Below are positions 49,103-58,677 of a stretch of 64,000 nucleotides of DNA, in pieces. Within the stretch, counting starts at the first letter, position 1. Each line of letters begins with the position of its first letter. The position numbers and the translations under genes were made by a program. The notes beneath the pieces are model-generated. The model had not been told where the DNA came from. It saw only the letters and a program-made list of their open reading frames with translations, and did no database searches. The DNA is taken from IMG/VR virus record IMGVR_UViG_3300044638_006750, positions 62,001 to 126,000 of that record; one strand, 5' to 3'.

Positions 49103-50938
49103 ATGGCAGGAACAATACTAAATCCAGGCGGATCTAACAGACAAGCCTGTATAGATGTAAAATTTGCTCATAGTGGACTTAATGCTGACCTAGGATTAGG
49201 TGCTGCTCCTTTAGTTACTCTCAATAGAGAATTTCTTCAAGATGGTGCTGGTACCTTTATTGGTGTTAACAATAAAATCAATTTATCTGGACAAATACGT
49301 CCCAGCGGTACCCAATTAGGATTTTCTCTTTTAATGCAGAGAGAAAAGAGATTAAGGGATTTATTTTCTAATGGGGCTGGGGATTTTGAAATCACTACAT
49401 CTGGAACCCCAATTTTTAGTGGTGTTAATGCCAAAGTAATATCCTATAATACGGAAAAAAGCGACAATAATTGGGTTATGAGTATGGGCTACTCTATAGA
49501 TCTAGAGTTTTACGAACCGATACAAAACCCAAATGAAACCGGTAAAAAATATAGAGTAAGCAGTATAACTGAAGGATGGTCTATAGAACCAATAGAAGAT
49601 AATATTTATACAAAGATAGACACCCCTGCCTCAGATCCTGATCCAGATTCTGTTGGTGGCCAAACACAAATAGAGAATATTCCTCAATTTAGACTGACTC
49701 GTAGAGTATCAGCTGTTGGCGTTCCAGATTCTGGTTTTTTTTCTCATTTTGACCCAAAAAGAAATGCCGACTCAGAATATAATTTTCGTACAATAACCCA
49801 ATCTCCTTCAAAAGATGCCTACCAGAAGGCAAAAGAATGGGTAGACGATAGGCTGAATTTACCGTTTAATACAACACAAAATTCTAATGGTAGATATACG
49901 GCACTAGTAAGCTCTTCGGACTCGTCATTTGGATCTATGTTCAATAGTTTTAGCAGCTTATACTTATATAATCATACTAGAAACATCAATTATAGTATTA
50001 CTGAGGGCTCGTATGAAGTGAATGATAGTTGGCTAGCCTTACCAAAAGCTTCAAGGTTTACAGAAACTTTTACTATAGAAACATCTACAGATAATAAAAA
50101 TGTTAGAAATGTTAGAATACAAGGAACCATAAATGGGTTACAGATTACTAATGGAAATTTATATGCAACAGGAATGAAAATACCTTATAGTGGAGATGGC
50201 AAAATATATTTAAGTGGATATAATGTAACTGGGGAAACATATGAAAATATTGTTGGTGAAAAATACAATAATGCTGTCTCAGGATGGATATATGATGTTA
50301 AACCAGCTTTATACAAAAGAGCTTGTTTAGCTATTAATAGCCGAGATAGAACTCAGCCATGGTATGATCCTAATAATAGTAATGGCTTATTACCTCCTGG
50401 TAATCCTGTATTTAGAAAAGAAAATGTATTAAATTATATTCCAATTTCTACATCAGAAAATTATGATATTTTTAATGGTACAGTTTCTTATAACTATGAA
50501 TATAATAATATAATTAAAATTATAAGTGGCGTTATATCAGAATCATATAAGATAGAAACTACCGGGCCATCTGACAGCATAGCAGAATTATTTATTCTTA
50601 ATAGGCCATTAGGCCCAGCTTTCCAATATCTGGGAACAAAAACTAGCACTTCTCGTAAGGTGGAAATAGATTTGGTTTTGGTTCCTCCATCAAGCATAGA
50701 TGGGTTTTCGATGGATGACACGAATTGTCCAGTTCATTATAATAGTTATGTATTCCAAAAATGCCAAGAATTTATTGAGTCTCAAAAACCATATGAAGAA
50801 TCTGGTAACGGTATGATAGTAATTAAAAAAAGTGATACATATGGATGGAGTCCAACAGACGGCAGATTTAGCAGAAGTGTGGAGTGGCTTTATCAGCCCT
50901 GTGCTAAAGATAGCAACCCTTATCAATTTTTAAGGTAA
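49103..50938 (+). CDS. Putative distal-tail/baseplate structural protein, paralog 1 (611 aa)
   Basis: Beta-strand-rich alternating pattern; precedes the hub-like gene; clearly homologous to 50942..52900. Function is inferred from position. Confidence 0.55.
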   Translation: MAGTILNPGGSNRQACIDVKFAHSGLNADLGLGAAPLVTLNREFLQDGAGTFIGVNNKINLSGQIRPSGTQLGFSLLMQREKRLRDLFSNGAGDFEITTSGTPIFSGVNAKVISYNTEKSDNNWVMSMGYSIDLEFYEPIQNPNETGKKYRVSSITEGWSIEPIEDNIYTKIDTPASDPDPDSVGGQTQIENIPQFRLTRRVSAVGVPDSGFFSHFDPKRNADSEYNFRTITQSPSKDAYQKAKEWVDDRLNLPFNTTQNSNGRYTALVSSSDSSFGSMFNSFSSLYLYNHTRNINYSITEGSYEVNDSWLALPKASRFTETFTIETSTDNKNVRNVRIQGTINGLQITNGNLYATGMKIPYSGDGKIYLSGYNVTGETYENIVGEKYNNAVSGWIYDVKPALYKRACLAINSRDRTQPWYDPNNSNGLLPPGNPVFRKENVLNYIPISTSENYDIFNGTVSYNYEYNNIIKIISGVISESYKIETTGPSDSIAELFILNRPLGPAFQYLGTKTSTSRKVEIDLVLVPPSSIDGFSMDDTNCPVHYNSYVFQKCQEFIESQKPYEESGNGMIVIKKSDTYGWSPTDGRFSRSVEWLYQPCAKDSNPYQFLR

Positions 50939-50941
50939 GAC

Positions 50942-52900
50942 ATGGTAGTACCACTAATTCTTAATAATAATCAATCCAATAATAATTTTAATATTTTAAC
51001 TACGGCAAAACCAGGAGACGGTACTGGCTCTTTGAGGGATGAGCAGATAGACATCTATTTCTGTGGTAGTGGTTTTGGCAGTCACCTTAAATTAGGCCCA
51101 GTGCCATTAATTTCAATATCCAGAGATTTTATTAGAGATGGTGCCGGATCATATATAGGAATTAATAATAAAATTAATTTATCTGGTAAAATATATGATA
51201 GTGGTAATCCGGGTATTAGTGGTATTTTAGTAGGTAAAGAAGATAATCTAAAAAGCCTTATAAAAAGAGGTGTCGGAGATCTGGAAATTAAAAAAAGTGG
51301 TGGTAGTAACTTATTGGGAGAAAAAGGAGGAAAAAATGCTAAGGTTGTAGGCTATACCATAGATAAGACCCCAGATCATTGGGTTTATACTGCCGACTAT
51401 TCTATAGATTTCTCATATTACGAATCTATAGCCAAGTCTGACTATCGTGTTAGTAGTGTAAACGAATCGTGGTCTTTAGAGCCAGTCGGAGAGCTTGTTT
51501 ATTTGGCTTTAAGTAAATCTGTAGGAAAACGCACAGAAACAGAACCAGCATCTGCTACAACAATGACTAATGTGATGGTGACAGGATTGCCACAGTTTAG
51601 ACTAACAAGAAAATTATCAGCAGTAGGTGTAAGAACTGATACATTTGTTTCTCATGATCGCACATCTCGTCATGAATACAATCTAACAGCTGCATCAGAC
51701 GAAAAAGCAGAAAACGATGCTTATTTACAAGCAAAAAAATGGATAGACGATAGGCTTAATCTTCCTTTTGAGACATCACAAAATAATAAAGGAGATTATA
51801 CTACTAAAATTGCTGATGCATACAATATTAGTAGTTTCACTAATTTATTTGTTTGTAATCATAGTAGATCTATTAATTTTAGTATAACTGAAGGTTCTTA
51901 TGAGGTTAATGATACATGGTTAGCTTTGCCTAGTGGTATCAGACATACTGAAGAATTCACTATAGAAAGTTCTACAGATGAAAAGTTTATTAAAACAGTT
52001 AAGGTTCAGGGATTAATTAAGGGACTACATGTTGCTAATAGTAATATAGTAACAAAAAATGCAGACCTGCCCGATGCTAATGGTAAACTAAAACTAGGTC
52101 AATACAGTACTAGTGGAACATCTGGCACTGTTGGGGGCAAAACCTTTAAAGGAGAAAAATACCAAAATGCACTAGATGCATGGATAGATGATATAAAACC
52201 ATCTCTATATACTCGTGCATGTTTAGCTTTAAATACGCCTGACAGAACACAAGATTACTATCCTAGTAACTATAATGGTGGTACAACACCTCCGGGAAAT
52301 CCGGCATTCCGAAAAGAAAATCTGTTGAACATTATTCCTGTGTCTTCATCTGAATCTCATGACACCTTAAAAGGTGCTGTTGGTTACACTTATGAATATA
52401 ACAATGCTACAAAAATTTTTAGTGGTGTTATTTCTGAAAGTGTTAGTATTAATACAAATGGCCCTGGAGATATTGCGGTAGAATTATTTGTACTAGGCAG
52501 ACCACTTGGTCCTGTATTACAATCATTAGGTACTAAAACAGCTACTACTAAAAGCGTTAATATAGAATTAATTATACCTCCTCCAACAACAGCTGCTGCT
52601 TTTAATATGAGAAATAATACATGTCCTGTATGGACTGGAGGATATATTTTTCAAACATGTGAAGCTATAATAGAAGGACAAAAACCCTTCGGTAAAAGAT
52701 TTTCCAAGAATGAAACTTTGCCAAATTCTCCTAGTAAAGGAGTTTATACATCTAGCAAAGGCGGTTTTCAAGGGGATGTTTATGTCAAATCTGATACTTA
52801 TTCATGGAACCCTTCAGAAGGAAGATATACAAGAAATATTGAATGGATATTTGAGCCCGGAAGCGCAGATCAATATAGCTGCCTAAAACAAGAAGGATAA
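50942..52900 (+). CDS. Putative distal-tail/baseplate structural protein, paralog 2 (652 aa)
   Basis: Shares blocks with paralog 1, e.g. PQFRLTR, W.DDRLNLPF, IN.SITEGSYEVND.WLALP, PPGNP.FRKEN, RPLGP. Confidence 0.55.
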   Translation: MVVPLILNNNQSNNNFNILTTAKPGDGTGSLRDEQIDIYFCGSGFGSHLKLGPVPLISISRDFIRDGAGSYIGINNKINLSGKIYDSGNPGISGILVGKEDNLKSLIKRGVGDLEIKKSGGSNLLGEKGGKNAKVVGYTIDKTPDHWVYTADYSIDFSYYESIAKSDYRVSSVNESWSLEPVGELVYLALSKSVGKRTETEPASATTMTNVMVTGLPQFRLTRKLSAVGVRTDTFVSHDRTSRHEYNLTAASDEKAENDAYLQAKKWIDDRLNLPFETSQNNKGDYTTKIADAYNISSFTNLFVCNHSRSINFSITEGSYEVNDTWLALPSGIRHTEEFTIESSTDEKFIKTVKVQGLIKGLHVANSNIVTKNADLPDANGKLKLGQYSTSGTSGTVGGKTFKGEKYQNALDAWIDDIKPSLYTRACLALNTPDRTQDYYPSNYNGGTTPPGNPAFRKENLLNIIPVSSSESHDTLKGAVGYTYEYNNATKIFSGVISESVSINTNGPGDIAVELFVLGRPLGPVLQSLGTKTATTKSVNIELIIPPPTTAAAFNMRNNTCPVWTGGYIFQTCEAIIEGQKPFGKRFSKNETLPNSPSKGVYTSSKGGFQGDVYVKSDTYSWNPSEGRYTRNIEWIFEPGSADQYSCLKQEG

Positions 52901-52903
52901 AAG

Positions 52904-55900
52904 ATGTCACTAGCATATACTGGAAACAGTTCATCAAATAGAACACAGCCGAAAAATCAAAGAAAAACTGTACCTCAAATTATGTTTTTGGGGGCTAGTG
53001 TAGCAAATTTTACTACAAATTTAGGATGGGGCGCACAGGCATCTTCGTTGAATGTGAATTTAGTGACAGATAATTCTGGCTGTACAGTTACAGATGATGT
53101 GATTAAAATAGAAGGACAGGCAGGTGGAGGATTTGATAATGATAATCATTATTATGATACTCCTGATGGAGATAATTTATATGTCTCTAGAGATCCAAGT
53201 ACTGGAAGAGGGATCTTATACGGGAAAATACATCATAAATGGAGTACAAGTAAAGGAAAATTTGTTTCAGTATATCACAGGAAAAAAGATCCTGGATTCT
53301 TTGGACTAAAAAATAATTGGGTTACAACAAATAATGCCGGTTATGATATCACTGGAACACCAGTTTATTTTAGATGCGGAGACTTTGAATATTCAGGACT
53401 GATAAAGAACTGGGAGACTAGCGCAGGAAGCGGAGGGGAGACAACAACTGTAACTATAGAAAGTCCAGCTTCTTTATTAGCAAATTCTTATATTATTGTC
53501 GGAGAATATGCCGGATCCGTTTTTGCAAGATCGACTAGTGCAGCCACAATAGGCGCTCCTAGAAATTATTATGGAGATAAGGCAAACTATGATGGAAAAA
53601 TAGAGTATGGAGCAATCCATAATTTGTTTAATGTATATGGTTTTCTGGAATCCTTTGAATTTGGTTTTTCTGACCAAAATGAACAAGGTATTCCAATATC
53701 ATATATTATTAATGCTATGCAGATTTTAACAAGCGAAAAAAATAAAGCTATTTCAAAAGCTTTTACTCCTTTCCAAAGAATTATAGGTCGTGCAGCAATG
53801 CAGTCGGACCAATCCTTTTGTCCTACTGGTTTTTATGACGGACACGGATTGTTCCCCTATGTGTCGGATGGTGCTGGTGGGTATAGGCACGAATATATAC
53901 TAGACTTATCAGAATTACCTAGACCAAATAATTTACTCAGAATGAATGGTCCAGTTATCAGCATATTGGATCTAGTGACCCAGGTTTGCGACATGACATC
54001 GAGAGATTTCTTTATTGAATTGATACCTATGCCATCTGAAAATGGCAACCTTTGTATACCTGTAATAAAAGTAAGAACAGTTAATAGATATACACAGCCC
54101 GCTCCTAATCAAGTTAAAAATATTATCAATAGTATTATGAATACATATGCTATTAGTAATATTAGCTATGGTCAGGAGTCAGGAGAAGCTTTAAATAGAA
54201 CAATGCTTATTGGGGGACCACAACAAAGACTATATCAGGCAAAGAATTTTAGACTAGCATATACTCAGTGCAATTATATTTTAGATCCTTCTGCTGTTAA
54301 GGCGGTAAATTTTTATTCCTATAATATGTCTAAGTATAGGGTTCCAAGTGGTTTGTCTACAAGATTAGCGACAAACGCTAATTTAGTTGCTAGCGATTAT
54401 TCTTGGTTAATTGCAGATGATGAGATTATTAAAAATAAAGTAGAGGACTGCTATACTTATACTACATCTACTGTTTTTCAGGATACAGACAATGGACCAG
54501 GATTATCCAGTATAGTGGTGGGGGCGGGAGGTAAGAAATTAGGAAACTATCAAAAAGATTCTTCCTATAACCCTATTCCTCTTTATACTTTTGCTCCAAG
54601 TATTGCGGGGTCACCTGTTGATAATATTAGAGCAAGATGGATGCCATTAGATAACGATGTTATATCTCCGTTTTTTGGTTTTGAGTTTGAAGAAAAATCT
54701 GCCACAACAGACGGCCTACCAGAAGAAAGCTTGAAAAGACCAAGAAAGGTTTATCTTGATACATTTACAGGTCAGCAAGTCATAGTATTTGATATAGCAG
54801 AATTACCTCCTCTCAGATACGGTATCAACACAATATATCCTAATAGTAAGTTTGTGGTAACAGAAACAGAGATTAGAGCTGCTATGGCAGGATTTGATAA
54901 TCTTGTTCTATATTATGCTTCAAAAACATACAAGCCAGACCTTATCCTTATGTTACAAAAAACATATGTAACTAACAGAATGTCTATTGTTTCAACACCA
55001 GATGGTCCGATGGCAATGGGTCCATGGGGTATGGTTGAAGATCAAAATGCGGCAGATACAGAGGGTGGGCCTTCTCCAGATGTTTTTGCGGATCAGGATG
55101 AGGAGGTGAATGTTACAAATCTTTTATTAAGTAAATCATTTACGGAAGATTTAATGGCTATTCATGCTTTTATTGCTGATATTGGGGCCAAGTATTATGG
55201 TAAAGCCTATTCTGTCAAATTACCAGGAGTCAATGGATATAGAGATTGGACAAGTGGGGGTAACCAAGAAATAGGAACAGACTCAAATGGCAACCCCGTA
55301 TATGTATGGGCTGGAGTACCAAAGACATACTACAATTATGAGGTTGCTCAAGATGGTGCTTGGGAAGAACCAGGAAATTATATTGATGATGATATTATTG
55401 TTGGATCAACAGACTCATATCACCTAATGGATGAAACAGGCAGAATTCAAACCACTTTGGGATATAATGCTTCTGATAACTTCGACCACACTGCACAAAA
55501 AATGTGTAGCAGTGCTGCTTTACTCGATGCTGCTTATCGTAGTCGCAAATTAAATCCTGTATTCGGAGTAGAGTTATATTCTATGCAGGCTATAGAGTTT
55601 CAAGATTGTGATAATGCTAAGTTTTATTATCCTTCGATTGATCTTAGTGGAGTAGCCGAGGATGTTTTAGTGGTTAATAATAGGAATGAAATAAAAAATC
55701 CATATGGCGTTGGAGCAAATATACCAACACAACATGGACGGAAAGCCTATGTAAAAGCCACGACAAGACCTAATTTTTATTTTAGTAACGCTAATACACT
55801 ATCCGACCCTAGAGTAATAGTTGATTCACCCGGACTCTTTTTAAATAGTAGTAGTTTAGAATATACTCAAGATCCAAACAAAACAGTAGTATCTAATGCT

Positions 55901-58675
55901 GCTTTAGAGGATTTATTAATATATATTTATACAACACCATCTAATTTCAGAGTATTAGATATTATGAGAGTATGGTCTTCTAGACTAAGCCATATGTATA
56001 ATGGCTATTTACTAAGATCAAAACACAAAAAATCTGAATCAGCACAAATGGTTGAGTTAGCGCCAAAAGCTGCCCAGCCATTTTTTGCTGCGATCCCTCT
56101 TAAGCATAATAGATTTGTTTATGGGCCATGGACTGACTATCCTCATATCTATAAAGCAAATATATTTCCCGGATCCTCTAATCAAGATAATATGATAAAA
56201 AATCTTCTTAGTGGTATTAGGGTTGAGGTTGATCCAGAGATGGTTCCGTGGAATTACGGAGGTTCGTCTCTCATGGATAAAGCTGCAATGTTAAAGCTCT
56301 ATGAGGGACAAACGTATCAAAATGTTATAGAGTCTGGATCATTCGAAATTCCCGGTCTACCAGTATTTGGTTTGGGCGGCAGGCTAGCGTCTCCATATGC
56401 TACTAAAAATTATAGTAACCAATATTTTCTAAGAAAAACAGATAGTTTTACCTATAAAAATAGTACCTATAATTTTAACTATTTACAAGATCAAAACTTT
56501 AATGATGTTAATCCTGTCATTAGCAATATACAAGTTACTGTGTCCGAAAGTAAAATCTCTACATCTTACTCTTTGAAAGTTTACTCAAAGCCTTTAAGCA
56601 GATTTAATAAAGAAGCTGCTGATAGACTTAAGAAAATAGCTAAACAAAACTTAATGATTACTCAAAGAAGCTCTACAGCTGTCAAGAAAATAGTTGCAGA
56701 GAATATTAGAACATTACAGGGTCAGATAGGTCGTAGAGAATCTGGTTTTACTGGTTATTCCACAGAGGGCGCTTCCAAAAAGCTATTAGGCTGGAGTCCT
56801 GTTCGTTTACTAATTGGTAGTGCAGAATACCATGTTTCGCCTCCAACCAAAATTGCTGCTAGAACTACTAGAACAAATATTAATAATGATCAGCAGTCTC
56901 GTGCCACAGGCACTGGAACCAGTAGTCAAAATAATACCAATGTTACAGCCAAGGTATACGAAGGCAGTAGAGGAGATTGGGATATTAATGGATCTTTTAA
57001 TAGTAGTAATTCTAATGTTCCGTATGATCAGGCGAGTGGCCCTATCAACACGATGATTAAAGACGTTAGACATTACGCTACTGTCAGTATACATCAACCA
57101 AAAGAACGAGGTTTGGACGAACTGAATAATTATGGTAACAAAGCCGTAATGAGTTTGGACGGCATATTGTCTCCAATATCTTTTTATCCAACCACATATA
57201 ATTCTTGTTATAGTTTGGCTAAATGGCCAAGATCAAAATGTCCTGTTTGTTGTGGTTCAAAAATTTTAAATGAAAAATTTAGAGACTATAAAAGTAATTC
57301 AGAAATTGATATTAAAAAATTCTGTCCATATTGCTATGATGAGACTACTACACAAGCACAGAAAACTCTTCCCAAAAAGAGCAATAGCAATTTGCCTCTA
57401 CCACCATATATTACTGTAAAAAATACAGGCGATACAAATATTTTAGGTATAAGCGCTGATCAGTATGGATTGAATAAGGTTAGTGGAGCTACTATTAATG
57501 TTTTTAGTTTACAGCCAGTTCTTCAAAGCAATGGTGATTTTAAAAACCCAAATGCTCAACCTTCTGATAAGAAGCGTCATTCGATAAGTGTCGTTGGAAG
57601 AGGAGGGGTGCATCATGGAGAAACAATAGGAGGTATGACCGACCTCATTATTAAAAATAATTTAGAGAATAATAGATATGGTGCTAATCCAGACTTTAAT
57701 GGAGAAGTGGATCTTAAATTACAGCAATATTTATCGGCTTGTAGTAATACACAGGCCGTTAACATAGCTGGCAATTGTGGTTTTCAATCATACCCACTAA
57801 ATAATAGATTTATGGGTTTAAGAGGACCACTAATGTTACACGCTTGGGGATATGACTTAGACGGCTATCCTGTACCCAACGCCGCAGAGGAGCCTAAAGA
57901 AGTTAATGATAAAGGCATGTTTAAAAGACACAAGAAAAAACAGGCTACACATGCAGATGGTAGTCTGGTAGTAGATGCTGATAATAATCCTGTCTACGAA
58001 GATGATTATGATCATGCAGGAGATTTTCCAGGAGGATCATTATCGGCTGATCAGCTTGGTAGTATTATTGGGAAAAGTCAAGTTTGGTCAGCAACGGATA
58101 ATAAGTGGAGTAAACCTGTAAGAAGCGATAAGTTCTATCTTAATTGGGGAGAAAGGCCAGATTTATGGCCAGTTGGACCGATAGATTTAAGATGGGACAA
58201 AGAGAGAAAAGTATGGGTGGCCCCACAACCAAAAGTTTATAAGAATGTATATATAACACTAGAAGAAGATTTGGTTACAGTACAAAATCCAGAAGATACA
58301 CTAAAACCTTGTAGGGGATTCATAACAGACTTAGAATATGATACAACAAGCGAAGATGTGAGAAAACTAGTTTTTGTAGTCGATAAATCAGGATATACAG
58401 CGCCTAAAGGAGCTAAATTATTATGTATGTATAATCCGGATAGCGGATTTTATGAAATATTAAGCAAGCCTACCTTTACTGCTTTTGGAACAATAGAATC
58501 AAACGGATCAAATGCTACACTAACATTAACATATATGCAAAGTAGGAACAGGAGTATAGATACAAACACCGTCTCTGTGCCATTCAGCAATCCATTTAGT
58601 TTCGGGGTCTCTGCCGAACAAAAGGGTTTATTTATGTATATTGATGGTGCATGGAATTTGATATCTACTAATTAA
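52904..58675 (+). CDS. Putative baseplate hub / tail tip protein (1923 aa)
   Basis: N-terminal FLGASVANFTTNLGWGAQASSLNVNLV and FEYSGLIKNWE...TTVTIESP are hub-like beta segments. Contains a CxxC-x24-CxxC motif. Size and position fit a Tal/gpJ-like role (inference). Confidence 0.55.
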   Translation: MSLAYTGNSSSNRTQPKNQRKTVPQIMFLGASVANFTTNLGWGAQASSLNVNLVTDNSGCTVTDDVIKIEGQAGGGFDNDNHYYDTPDGDNLYVSRDPSTGRGILYGKIHHKWSTSKGKFVSVYHRKKDPGFFGLKNNWVTTNNAGYDITGTPVYFRCGDFEYSGLIKNWETSAGSGGETTTVTIESPASLLANSYIIVGEYAGSVFARSTSAATIGAPRNYYGDKANYDGKIEYGAIHNLFNVYGFLESFEFGFSDQNEQGIPISYIINAMQILTSEKNKAISKAFTPFQRIIGRAAMQSDQSFCPTGFYDGHGLFPYVSDGAGGYRHEYILDLSELPRPNNLLRMNGPVISILDLVTQVCDMTSRDFFIELIPMPSENGNLCIPVIKVRTVNRYTQPAPNQVKNIINSIMNTYAISNISYGQESGEALNRTMLIGGPQQRLYQAKNFRLAYTQCNYILDPSAVKAVNFYSYNMSKYRVPSGLSTRLATNANLVASDYSWLIADDEIIKNKVEDCYTYTTSTVFQDTDNGPGLSSIVVGAGGKKLGNYQKDSSYNPIPLYTFAPSIAGSPVDNIRARWMPLDNDVISPFFGFEFEEKSATTDGLPEESLKRPRKVYLDTFTGQQVIVFDIAELPPLRYGINTIYPNSKFVVTETEIRAAMAGFDNLVLYYASKTYKPDLILMLQKTYVTNRMSIVSTPDGPMAMGPWGMVEDQNAADTEGGPSPDVFADQDEEVNVTNLLLSKSFTEDLMAIHAFIADIGAKYYGKAYSVKLPGVNGYRDWTSGGNQEIGTDSNGNPVYVWAGVPKTYYNYEVAQDGAWEEPGNYIDDDIIVGSTDSYHLMDETGRIQTTLGYNASDNFDHTAQKMCSSAALLDAAYRSRKLNPVFGVELYSMQAIEFQDCDNAKFYYPSIDLSGVAEDVLVVNNRNEIKNPYGVGANIPTQHGRKAYVKATTRPNFYFSNANTLSDPRVIVDSPGLFLNSSSLEYTQDPNKTVVSNAALEDLLIYIYTTPSNFRVLDIMRVWSSRLSHMYNGYLLRSKHKKSESAQMVELAPKAAQPFFAAIPLKHNRFVYGPWTDYPHIYKANIFPGSSNQDNMIKNLLSGIRVEVDPEMVPWNYGGSSLMDKAAMLKLYEGQTYQNVIESGSFEIPGLPVFGLGGRLASPYATKNYSNQYFLRKTDSFTYKNSTYNFNYLQDQNFNDVNPVISNIQVTVSESKISTSYSLKVYSKPLSRFNKEAADRLKKIAKQNLMITQRSSTAVKKIVAENIRTLQGQIGRRESGFTGYSTEGASKKLLGWSPVRLLIGSAEYHVSPPTKIAARTTRTNINNDQQSRATGTGTSSQNNTNVTAKVYEGSRGDWDINGSFNSSNSNVPYDQASGPINTMIKDVRHYATVSIHQPKERGLDELNNYGNKAVMSLDGILSPISFYPTTYNSCYSLAKWPRSKCPVCCGSKILNEKFRDYKSNSEIDIKKFCPYCYDETTTQAQKTLPKKSNSNLPLPPYITVKNTGDTNILGISADQYGLNKVSGATINVFSLQPVLQSNGDFKNPNAQPSDKKRHSISVVGRGGVHHGETIGGMTDLIIKNNLENNRYGANPDFNGEVDLKLQQYLSACSNTQAVNIAGNCGFQSYPLNNRFMGLRGPLMLHAWGYDLDGYPVPNAAEEPKEVNDKGMFKRHKKKQATHADGSLVVDADNNPVYEDDYDHAGDFPGGSLSADQLGSIIGKSQVWSATDNKWSKPVRSDKFYLNWGERPDLWPVGPIDLRWDKERKVWVAPQPKVYKNVYITLEEDLVTVQNPEDTLKPCRGFITDLEYDTTSEDVRKLVFVVDKSGYTAPKGAKLLCMYNPDSGFYEILSKPTFTAFGTIESNGSNATLTLTYMQSRNRSIDTNTVSVPFSNPFSFGVSAEQKGLFMYIDGAWNLISTN

Positions 58676-58677
58676 AA

